Origin: Bdellovibrionales bacterium RIFOXYC1_FULL_37_79
Lineage (GTDB): Bacteria; Bdellovibrionota; Bacteriovoracia; Bacteriovoracales; Bacteriovoracaceae
Assembly: GCA_001770015.1 (NCBI GenBank)
Contig: MEQB01000021.1
Coordinates: 35,064 to 99,063 of the forward strand
Reading direction: 5' to 3'
DNA: 64,000 nt
This document shows positions 47,836 through 56,132 of the stretch, in pieces. How positions within the stretch are numbered: position 1 is the stretch's first letter; each line of letters opens with the position of its first letter. The position numbers and the translations under genes were made by a program. Under the pieces are notes generated by a model. It had not been told where the DNA came from. It searched no databases and saw nothing but the letters and a program-made list of their open reading frames with translations.

Positions 47836-47982
47836 ATGAAATGTAAATGCAAAGAAGAAATTAAAGAGGCAGTATTAAAATTATCGGAAAATATTAAAAG
47901 CAACCGACCACTCTCCGAGGAAGAACTCACCATTTTATTTCTAGCGGCATTTTTTGAGGAGGAATCTCATGAAAGCAAATAA
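47836..47982 (+). CDS. unannotated 48-aa mini-ORF between the two GT9-like genes
   Basis: The ATG at 47836 follows AAGGAAGG. The hand-checked translation is MKCKCKEEIKEAVLKLSENIKSNRPLSEEELTILFLAAFFEEESHESK. Its 3' end contains the GAGGAGGA RBS of the next gene and overlaps it by 14 nt. Confidence 0.35.
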   Translation: MKCKCKEEIKEAVLKLSENIKSNRPLSEEELTILFLAAFFEEESHESK

Positions 47983-49681
47983 TATTTTCACTGACCCGGG
48001 TGATAACATTCCCGAAAATGCCCCCAAAACCATTTGTCTGCTGCAATTAACCAGAATAGGCGATATCCTCCAAACCTATCAGGCAGCAGAAATTTTTAAA
48101 CAACAATATCCCCATTATAAATTAATTCTTATTGCTCGGACCAGATTTGCCCATCCACTTTCTTTTTTATTAAGAAACGTATTTGATAAAACCTATTATG
48201 TGGATCAACATGTTTTGAAACTTGATTCATCCGAAAATCTCCCCGACCTGGTCGAGGCTTTTAAAACCATTATTGATAATCTTAAAAATGAAAGCATATC
48301 AGTTCTGCTAAATCTTTCTTTTTCCAAATCATCTGGTTATTTGGCTTCCATCATTCCCGCCGAACATAAAATGGGATTGGTTTACGATGCTTCCAATAAC
48401 GTCGCAATTAAAGACAAGTGGAGTCAATATATCTATTCTAACGTTATGGGTGGTCCGCTTAATCCTTTTAACCTGGTGGATATCTTCAAGTCAATGTTAG
48501 GCCACAATCTACCCGCATTAAGTCACCCCCAAAAACCATTTAAAAAGGTTTCCCATATTTTACTCCACCCATTTGCATCTCATGACAAAAAAATGTGGAA
48601 AATAAATAAATGGGAAGAAATTCTTTATCAACTTCTTAAAAATTTTCCCGATATTGACATTTCAATTGTGGGAAGTCCCGAAGAAATAATTTATGGAAAA
48701 GGAATTGACGACTCCCCGCTTTTACAAAAATACAAGGAAAGACTGCACAACAAAATTGGAAAAACAAGCTTGGAGGACATCTATAACTTATTTGACAACA
48801 TTGACCTTTTTATTGGACACGATTCCATGGTGGGACACCTAGCTTCTATCAAAAATGTTCCCACAATCACTATCTCTCTAGGAACTGTCCGTGCCAAAGA
48901 AACCAGTCCCTACGGTGAAAAAAATTATACCATCACACCCCAAACCAATTGTTTTCCCTGTTTTCCCCAGGATAAATGCGAATTTTATCAATGCCATTTT
49001 GATATTTCCTATCAGGTCCTTTATTCAAGCCTCAAGGAATATATGGAAACCGGCAACATCACCAAGGAATATCAATTAAAAAATAGCTCCTGTTTTCATC
49101 TCAATGCCGTTGCCATTTATAAAAGTAAATTATCCCCTATCGGTTTTTTACAGTTAGATAATATCCTAGAGGAAAAATCCAGCGTTAATGATGTTTTTTC
49201 CACATTATATAGAATTAGCTGGCAATTTATTCTTAATAACAGCGAAGAGCCCCAAAAATTTTTACTTCTTTCCACCAAATCGCATCAAATTTTACTCAAT
49301 ACTCTAAATGGACTTCAACATCTATATGAGTTATCCGATTTTGGAAAAAAATATTCCAGATATATCTTGGAAGAAATTTCATCTTCCATTCCCCGGATAG
49401 AAAAAATAAAAGAATATTCTGCTAAAATTGATGAGATTGACAGTCTCACCAAATTGGTTAAGCAAACCCATCCCCATCTTTCACCGGTGATTGATTTTTA
49501 TACTGTCCAAAAAGGTAATTTAGCGGGAGATAATATTGTTGAACTAACTGAAAGCTCATTTTTGTTATACAACGACTCCCTAAACGCCATCAGTGTTCTT
49601 TATGAACTGATTGAAAAAACCATTACTGAACACAAAACCAAAAATAGAATAACTGACACCTCCACCGAATATAATTATTAA
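47969..49681 (+). CDS. glycosyltransferase family 9 (heptosyltransferase-like) protein with a helical C-terminal extension of about 200 aa
   Basis: ICLLQLTRIGDILQTYQAAEIFKQQYPHYKLILIA, ILLHPFASHDKKMWKINKWEEIL and LFIGHDSMVGHLASIKNVPTITIS are canonical GT9 motifs. I use the ATG at 47969, 5 nt after GAGGAGGA, and reject the track's TTG at 47954. Confidence 0.8.
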   Translation: MKANNIFTDPGDNIPENAPKTICLLQLTRIGDILQTYQAAEIFKQQYPHYKLILIARTRFAHPLSFLLRNVFDKTYYVDQHVLKLDSSENLPDLVEAFKTIIDNLKNESISVLLNLSFSKSSGYLASIIPAEHKMGLVYDASNNVAIKDKWSQYIYSNVMGGPLNPFNLVDIFKSMLGHNLPALSHPQKPFKKVSHILLHPFASHDKKMWKINKWEEILYQLLKNFPDIDISIVGSPEEIIYGKGIDDSPLLQKYKERLHNKIGKTSLEDIYNLFDNIDLFIGHDSMVGHLASIKNVPTITISLGTVRAKETSPYGEKNYTITPQTNCFPCFPQDKCEFYQCHFDISYQVLYSSLKEYMETGNITKEYQLKNSSCFHLNAVAIYKSKLSPIGFLQLDNILEEKSSVNDVFSTLYRISWQFILNNSEEPQKFLLLSTKSHQILLNTLNGLQHLYELSDFGKKYSRYILEEISSSIPRIEKIKEYSAKIDEIDSLTKLVKQTHPHLSPVIDFYTVQKGNLAGDNIVELTESSFLLYNDSLNAISVLYELIEKTITEHKTKNRITDTSTEYNY

Positions 49682-49698
49682 ACAGGTAGATAAAATTT

Positions 49699-50325
49699 AT
49701 GACGGAAATCATGGTAAACAAACACAACATTACAACCGAAATTAATCAAGGATCAAGCATTGATCAACTGATCGATGTAGTTTTAAACAACTACGCAACT
49801 CCCGGGGAAGTTATTTCCAATATGCTGGTCAACGGAAAATTTTTTGATTATGAGGATAAAAATAATAATTTAAAACAAACAATTCAGCAGGTGAATTCCA
49901 TTTCCTTTGAACTAAAAAACAGTCTGGACCTGGCTTTTGAGGCCCTTGATTCATGCAATAGCTATATAGACAATGTAACTGATAAAATTCAAACCCTCTT
50001 GCAATTTTACAGCGAAAACAAACTAGCTCAAGCCAATAATTCATTTTCTGAAATTATTGAAATAATTGATTTATTCATCCAGCTTATCACCAAAATTCAT
50101 CGCACGATAAGAATTCATAACCCCAAGAATTTTGCCAAAGGACCAGTTATCCAGAATCTGGAAATTCATTTACTCTCGGTTTTAAAGGCCCTTATTCCTG
50201 CCAAAGAAAAAGAAGACATCATCATGCTTTGTGACTTGCTAGAATATGAACTGGTGGATAATCTAAAGCAGTGGAAAATTCAAGCAATCCCCGAATTAAA
50301 AAAATACAAAAAAACACCCGTTTAA
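49699..50325 (+). CDS. hypothetical helical protein (208 aa); possibly the N-terminal part of the downstream kinase
   Basis: Clean ORF with an ATG start 17 nt after the previous stop. Its last 55 nt overlap the kinase ORF and contain two A7 tracts. Confidence 0.55.
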   Translation: MTEIMVNKHNITTEINQGSSIDQLIDVVLNNYATPGEVISNMLVNGKFFDYEDKNNNLKQTIQQVNSISFELKNSLDLAFEALDSCNSYIDNVTDKIQTLLQFYSENKLAQANNSFSEIIEIIDLFIQLITKIHRTIRIHNPKNFAKGPVIQNLEIHLLSVLKALIPAKEKEDIIMLCDLLEYELVDNLKQWKIQAIPELKKYKKTPV

Positions 50326-52076
50326 CTGTTCACTTTCTTGGTTCAAACCCAGATCCCTCTTTTGCCAAATTAAAAACTATTTTTAGTAAGATTTCCTTTA
50401 TTAATATTTCTGAGGAGAAAGAAAGCGCCGTTTTTCTGGCAACCTACCTTGATCATTCCATTAAAATTACATCCAATCATCCCTTGATTGATTTACAACC
50501 TGTTATACTGCCTGATTCCATCCAATTGCTTGCAAATTTTTTCAAAGATTATCAACATTACTTTTGTAATAAAGTCACCACGGCTTCTTTTCAATCTTTC
50601 ACTCCACTTGTCATCCGACAACACAAGACCCTTGATCATCATATAAAAAAAATTGAATTCAATATTCTAAAAAACAAAACCTATCAAGTTGAATCCATAA
50701 AAAATATGATTATGGATAAAATCGAAGTAAAAAAATTCCTTTCCAAATGTATTACCATTGATGATCTACCTCTTCATATTTTAAAGCTTCATCAATTTAA
50801 AAATTATAAAACATGTCAAATTTTAATTCATGAAAAAGGCAATACCGCTGCCGAAAGTCTTTTTCTAAGCAAGGGGCAGACGCTGGTCACCAGTAAAATA
50901 TTAGTCACCCAATTTAATAAAATTCATACTATTATCAAAAAAAGTAAAACCAAACTTTTTAACCAAACCCAGCTTTTAAATAACGATCTGGGAGTTCGGG
51001 GAACTTTTCTTGCTCGGGAAATAAACCTGTCAAAACATTCTATAATCATAGTCGTTTCACGAAATGATTTTTTTCCGGCCACTCTTTTAGAACAAGAATT
51101 TTTCCAAGAAATCATCAAGAACATTACGTTGGTTTTAAACAATCTACTTTTGGAATATTTATCCCAAAAAAAAAATAAACTATTTAAACTCGGGTTACAA
51201 CATCTGGATATCCCCTTTGAAATTTGCGATTCCCACCACCAGGTTTTTTTCTCAAATGCGCTGATTGACACCTTGGAGTACACTCATCAGGATATAATTG
51301 ATGCCAACTATATCCTTCGTTACTCCCCCTATTGCGACATTAACTACTCTTCGGATCTTTATCATTTTCAAAGAATTTCACTACTGGGTGAACTTCTAAA
51401 CACCTTGCGCCATGAACTTAACAACCCCTTATTTGGACTTAAACTTACCGCCGATTTATTAATTGAAGATTCTTCTTCAGAGGATTTTAAAGAAACCCTG
51501 GGAGACATCTCCACCAATTGCCAAAGATGCCAGAATATTATTACTAACTTTTCACTTTTATATAAAAACCAAGATACCTTGATTGATCTGAATCTTTACA
51601 AACTGCTTAAAGAAACCCTGGTGCTTACCAAAAGTGAAACCCGGGGCATCGAAAAAGAGATAGTATTTTCTAACTCTTTGTCCAAGGAGGATTTCACCAT
51701 AAAAACCAATCCGACCTGGCTTGCGCAAATTATTTTTAATTTTATAATTAACAGTGCCCAGGCGATTCGCTTATCCACCCCGGCACTTGCCAACCAAAAA
51801 ATCACCATCACCGTCACTAATCAATACCTTGACACCCAGTCTTTTCTCGTTATTTCAGTGACCGACACTGGCCCTGGAATACAAAAAGAATTAATTGAAA
51901 AAATATTTCAGCCTTTTATCACCACCAAGAAAGAAGGCACCGGCCTTGGACTATCTATCTGCAATTATTTAACCACTAAATTGGGTGGAAAAATATTTTT
52001 TTCTAATAATATTCCTTTGCCTGGAGCAACGTTCTCGATAGAATTACCCATGAACGATCTAAATAAAATTAGTTAA
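50271..52076 (+). CDS. cytoplasmic sensor histidine kinase (601 aa as drawn; start uncertain)
   Basis: H-box LRHELNNPLFGL, N-box FNFIINSAQAI, G1 DTGPGI, G2 GTGLGLSI. It has no TM helices and an unassigned N-terminal region of about 370 aa. The only canonical in-frame start is the GTG at 50271, which lacks a convincing RBS. Confidence 0.85.
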   Translation: MENSSNPRIKKIQKNTRLTVHFLGSNPDPSFAKLKTIFSKISFINISEEKESAVFLATYLDHSIKITSNHPLIDLQPVILPDSIQLLANFFKDYQHYFCNKVTTASFQSFTPLVIRQHKTLDHHIKKIEFNILKNKTYQVESIKNMIMDKIEVKKFLSKCITIDDLPLHILKLHQFKNYKTCQILIHEKGNTAAESLFLSKGQTLVTSKILVTQFNKIHTIIKKSKTKLFNQTQLLNNDLGVRGTFLAREINLSKHSIIIVVSRNDFFPATLLEQEFFQEIIKNITLVLNNLLLEYLSQKKNKLFKLGLQHLDIPFEICDSHHQVFFSNALIDTLEYTHQDIIDANYILRYSPYCDINYSSDLYHFQRISLLGELLNTLRHELNNPLFGLKLTADLLIEDSSSEDFKETLGDISTNCQRCQNIITNFSLLYKNQDTLIDLNLYKLLKETLVLTKSETRGIEKEIVFSNSLSKEDFTIKTNPTWLAQIIFNFIINSAQAIRLSTPALANQKITITVTNQYLDTQSFLVISVTDTGPGIQKELIEKIFQPFITTKKEGTGLGLSICNYLTTKLGGKIFFSNNIPLPGATFSIELPMNDLNKIS

Positions 52077-52080
52077 ACAA

Positions 52081-52455
52081 ATGAATATTTTATTAGTTGA
52101 AGACGAATTACTATTACAAAAATCTTTAAAAAAACTTCTCGAAAAAAAAGGTGCCACTGTCAAGGTCACTACTTCCGGAAGAGAGGCAATAAACCTGCTG
52201 CTTAATGAGAATTTTAATCGCATTGTATGTGATCTTATGCTACAAGATATTTCAGGATTCAATGTAATCGAAGAGGCTAAAAAAAAATACACCCTTTTGG
52301 AGATCAGCAATCTTTTTATTATCATGACAGCATACAGTTCCAAACAAGTACTTGATAAAGCTGATACCTATGGATGCAAAGTTATAAGCAAACCATTTGA
52401 AGATATCAACCATACTCTTTCACTATTTATCGAAGGTGGTCTTAACTATGAGTAA
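52081..52455 (+). CDS. stand-alone CheY-like response regulator receiver
   Basis: 124 aa with acidic pocket LLVEDE, phospho-acceptor context IVCDLMLQDISG, T in IIMTAY and K in ISKPF. It starts 4 nt after the kinase stop. Confidence 0.9.
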   Translation: MNILLVEDELLLQKSLKKLLEKKGATVKVTTSGREAINLLLNENFNRIVCDLMLQDISGFNVIEEAKKKYTLLEISNLFIIMTAYSSKQVLDKADTYGCKVISKPFEDINHTLSLFIEGGLNYE

Positions 52456-53347
52456 GTTCAAAAATATTACGTTGGTACTCAAGCCAAACATAATCGAAGA
52501 TTTCACCCAATTTCTTCCTGATCTTATTACATATCTGCTAAACCAAAAAGCAACTGTCCACTTTTTTAATTTTGAAAAAGAAAGATTAAAAGGCCTCGCC
52601 TGCGATTTACTTTCTCAAATTAGCTTTATAGAAAAAACAGATTTAAACCATATCAGTGATCTGGTTATTGTCTTGGGTGGTGATGGAACTTTAATTGGTT
52701 TTTGTCGGGATGTTGGTAAAATGAGTGCTCCAATTTTTGGTATCAACCTTGGAAAACTTGGTTTTTTAACCGAGTTTTCCAAAAATGATTTTATGGATGA
52801 ACTTGGAAACGTCTTAAATGGAAAATATCAAACCCGCATAATGAAACCACATTTTGCCTCGGTCTATAATAAAGAAAATCAGGAAACCTTCAACGGCTTT
52901 TTCTTCAACGACATGGTCGTTAGTAATGATTCAATCGCAAGAATTATCCGGATCTCAATCTTTATTAACAATGAACATCTTTTCAACGTTGATGGCGACG
53001 GTCTTATTGTCAGCACCTCCCAGGGTTCCACCGCCTATTCACTGTCAGCCGGCGGACCAATCATTCATCCAAGCGTAAAAGCGCTGGTTTTAACCCCAGT
53101 TTGTGCTCATACCTTAAATTCCCGTCCTATTGTAGTCCCTGAAGACACGATTATCCAAACCGCTATTTTTGAAGACAGCAACAACGTGGTTTTAACCCTT
53201 GATGGACAGCTGGCTTTTAGTTTGAAAAAAACCGATGTCGTGAAAACTCATAACCCCAAGCACCCGGGATTTCAAATAATCATTAACCCCAAAAGAACTT
53301 ATCTTTCCAATCTTCGTGATAAGTTTATCCAAGGAAACAGGTTATAA
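52448..53347 (+). CDS. nadK: NAD kinase
   Basis: Contains VLGGDGTLIGF and VSTSQGSTAYSLSAGGPI. I use the ATG at 52448 (MSKFKNITLVLKP), which overlaps the regulator by 8 nt. Confidence 0.93.
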   Translation: MSKFKNITLVLKPNIIEDFTQFLPDLITYLLNQKATVHFFNFEKERLKGLACDLLSQISFIEKTDLNHISDLVIVLGGDGTLIGFCRDVGKMSAPIFGINLGKLGFLTEFSKNDFMDELGNVLNGKYQTRIMKPHFASVYNKENQETFNGFFFNDMVVSNDSIARIIRISIFINNEHLFNVDGDGLIVSTSQGSTAYSLSAGGPIIHPSVKALVLTPVCAHTLNSRPIVVPEDTIIQTAIFEDSNNVVLTLDGQLAFSLKKTDVVKTHNPKHPGFQIIINPKRTYLSNLRDKFIQGNRL

Positions 53348-53349
53348 TT

Positions 53350-54981
53350 ATGAAAAACAAGCTTCATCTTTCAACCTTAACCATTCAAAATTTTGCCACC
53401 ATTGAAAACCAAACGATTAATTTTGAAACCGGACTAAACGCTATTATTGGAGAAACTGGCTCTGGGAAAAGTTTGATACTTGAAGCTCTAGAATTAATTT
53501 TTGGCCAAAGGGCAAAAAAACAAATTATCCGTCAGGACGCCCTTTTTGCATCTGTCGAGGCTGTAATTTTCTGCAGTGATTTGGTCACCAAGGAATATAT
53601 TTATGAACAAGGTCATCCTTTTGAAGGAGATGAAATTGTCATCAAGCGAATTATCTACCCTACTGGCAAATCTCAAAATTATTTAAATTACCAATTAACC
53701 TCACTTCAAATTCTACAAAATATATCCAAACGCTTCATTGATATTGTGGGGCAATTTGAAAATCAAAAACTTTTAAGTTCCAAATACCAACTACACCTAC
53801 TGGACAAATACGCCACCTTAGAAGACAAAAATCTGGAATATGCCAAACTTTATGAAACCTTTCTTCGCATAAAAAATGAAATTGCCATTTTAAAATCAAA
53901 ACAGGCTGAACAAACCTTGAAAATGGATTATCTTAAATATCAGATCGGCGAAATTGAAGCCTTAAATCCCTCCCAAGATGATGAACTTAAACTCATAAGC
54001 GACAAAAACCGAATTTTAAAAAAACAGGATCGCTTTGAAGTTATTTTAGAGATCCAAAACGCCCTAAGCGATAGTGACCATTCTATACTAAGAAAAACCA
54101 ATCATATTCTCAATCAACTGGAAAATATTGATGACCAGGCATTTAATAGCATCAAGGAAAAAATCAAAGAGTCCTATCATCAACTGGAAGATGCCTCCTT
54201 TGAACTTTCTAAGCATACCGATTCAAGTGATGATGAAAACGAAAACTTACAAACGATTATCGACAAACTTGACCTTTATCAAAGGCTGAAAAGAAAATTT
54301 AATCTGGATGCCAGCGAACTTTCTAACTATTTGAGTAAGCTTAAAGATGAATTACAGGATTACTTGAACCTGGAAAGCACCATCACCAAATGCGAAAGTG
54401 AATTTGGTTTATTAAATGCACAGTTATTCAAACTGGCTAAAAAAATTCATCACATTCGCGTGGATCATTCTAAAAAACTTTCCGCAACCCTCACCAAACA
54501 TGCCCAAGAATTAAATATGGAAGGTGCGACCTTACTTCTACAAATTGATGAACTACCAGAACTAACCCCCTTTGGAATTTCTGAAATTAAATTTCTTGCC
54601 GAAACCAATCCCGGCAACGGTATCCACCCGGTAAAAGAAATTGCTTCCGGTGGCGAGCTCTCTCGAATTCTGCTGGCCTATAGACAGGTTATTTCAAGCA
54701 CAGACTCCATTTCTATTTTTCTTTTTGACGAAATCGATTCTGGTATTGGTGGACATACGGCCCTCGCCATTGGCCAGGCCCTTTCTGATGTTGCCAAATC
54801 AAGTCAAGTAATCTTAATTACCCATTTACCCCAGATAGCGATGTTTTCTAATCACTTGATCCAAGTCACCAAGACCAACACTAAAGACAAGCTTGGCAAG
54901 GCCATTACCAACTCGCTTATAGCTGAAGTAACCAGTAAAAACGAGCGAAACAAGGCTATTAAGGCCATGAATCCTATATAA
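53350..54981 (+). CDS. recN: DNA repair protein RecN
   Basis: LTIQNFATIENQTINFETGLNAIIGETGSGKS (Walker A), long coiled coils, SGGELSRILLA and LFDEIDSGIGG. The nadK-recN adjacency is a widely conserved pair. Confidence 0.93.
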   Translation: MKNKLHLSTLTIQNFATIENQTINFETGLNAIIGETGSGKSLILEALELIFGQRAKKQIIRQDALFASVEAVIFCSDLVTKEYIYEQGHPFEGDEIVIKRIIYPTGKSQNYLNYQLTSLQILQNISKRFIDIVGQFENQKLLSSKYQLHLLDKYATLEDKNLEYAKLYETFLRIKNEIAILKSKQAEQTLKMDYLKYQIGEIEALNPSQDDELKLISDKNRILKKQDRFEVILEIQNALSDSDHSILRKTNHILNQLENIDDQAFNSIKEKIKESYHQLEDASFELSKHTDSSDDENENLQTIIDKLDLYQRLKRKFNLDASELSNYLSKLKDELQDYLNLESTITKCESEFGLLNAQLFKLAKKIHHIRVDHSKKLSATLTKHAQELNMEGATLLLQIDELPELTPFGISEIKFLAETNPGNGIHPVKEIASGGELSRILLAYRQVISSTDSISIFLFDEIDSGIGGHTALAIGQALSDVAKSSQVILITHLPQIAMFSNHLIQVTKTNTKDKLGKAITNSLIAEVTSKNERNKAIKAMNPI

Positions 54982-55117
54982 AAAGTAGGTCATCAACCAC
55001 CACCTCAATTATATAACTGTTTCCAACCTATCTACTCAAGTAATTAAAAATAACAATTAAAGATCTTTCCAAAATTGTCGAACTAGTTAATACAAATCAA
55101 TCCTCAAAGGAGCAAAC

Positions 55118-55363
55118 ATGGAAATGGAAAAAGTTGTTTTAAAACATAAAATGAATGACAAAGGAACCCACCATATAGCTTATTGCGATGAGTACCCACA
55201 AATCCAGGGCACTGGTCCCACGCCCGAGCAGGCCACCGCTAGTTTTTGGAGAGCCTTTAACAAGGCCCAAGAAGTTTTGGATTTTGAAAGCGCAAAAAAT
55301 CGAAAATCGGCTATCGCTGCTGCCAATGCCAGTGGTAAAGGAAAACAAAAGAAAGCAGCGTAG
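55118..55363 (+). CDS. small HicB/UPF0150-like protein (81 aa), orphan
   Basis: GTHHIAYCDEYPQIQGTGPTPEQATASFWRAFNKAQE follows the HicB-fold pattern (beta strand, P-G/Q, G-x-T-x-E-E/Q-A). It has an AAGGAG RBS and is visibly more GC-rich than its surroundings. Confidence 0.5.
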   Translation: MEMEKVVLKHKMNDKGTHHIAYCDEYPQIQGTGPTPEQATASFWRAFNKAQEVLDFESAKNRKSAIAAANASGKGKQKKAA

Positions 55364-55879
55364 TTATTTCTTGTCAGCTATAATTCTTTCCAAACATTTG
55401 ATACTTCTATCAAAAAATTTCTTAGTATCAATGCGGGGAAATATCCTTTCAAGGGAATCGGAATCTTGATCGCAGGAACCTTGATTAATTTGATTGAAAT
55501 CACTATCATCATCATCCGATTTAAAAATTGCTGAACCATCCATTTCACCGGAAATAAAAGTATTTTTGAACTCATATTGATTTTTTATTCTTTTTAGTGT
55601 TGCTCGACACTCAAAATCTGTGAGTTCTTTTTCCTTATATGTATAAACTAATTCTTCATTTCCTTTCACCTCTTGACCAAAACGTGGGATTATACACGTT
55701 ATGTGCGCTTCAGGTATCCTAAGTTCGTTTTCAATTATAATAAGATTTTGTTTATAACACTTTGTTCTGACAATATCCAGGAGTCCTTCTCCAGACACAT
55801 TCTTAATTTGACGTGAATAAATATTACCAGAAATTAAAAATGATATTAAAATCAATATAACCTTTGTAGTCATATACAC
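55364..55879 (-). CDS. hypothetical exported protein (171 aa)
   Basis: Signal peptide MTTKVILILISFLISGNIYS and several cysteines. Its stop codon directly abuts the stop of the convergent 55118 gene. Confidence 0.55.
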   Translation of the reverse strand: MYMTTKVILILISFLISGNIYSRQIKNVSGEGLLDIVRTKCYKQNLIIIENELRIPEAHITCIIPRFGQEVKGNEELVYTYKEKELTDFECRATLKRIKNQYEFKNTFISGEMDGSAIFKSDDDDSDFNQINQGSCDQDSDSLERIFPRIDTKKFFDRSIKCLERIIADKK

Positions 55880-56132
55880 TCTCCTTAAAAGGTATTTTTA
55901 AACAATATCTGTAAAAAAATTAGACACTTTTTTAACATAAATTTATATACTTAACCCTTGTTTACTCGCTCTTTCCTATTAATATGCAAATGATTGGCCG
56001 AAATTTCCTATTTAAAATCCAAGCAATATAAGAGCTTTTAAAATAAATTGAACTTAGTTTTAGAGATTAAAACTTAGTAATAACCGATTACAATTAATTT
56101 ACAATTTGATTTTAAAACGGTTTTGAAAATAT

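Noticed and set aside
56052-56078. Imperfect AT-rich inverted repeat (ACTTAGTTTTA-gagat-TAAAACTTAGT, 1 mismatch) about 55 nt after the stop of the 909-aa gene, possibly a terminator
   Set aside because: The stem is almost pure A/T with a mismatch, so its predicted stability is too low to call a terminator with confidence.
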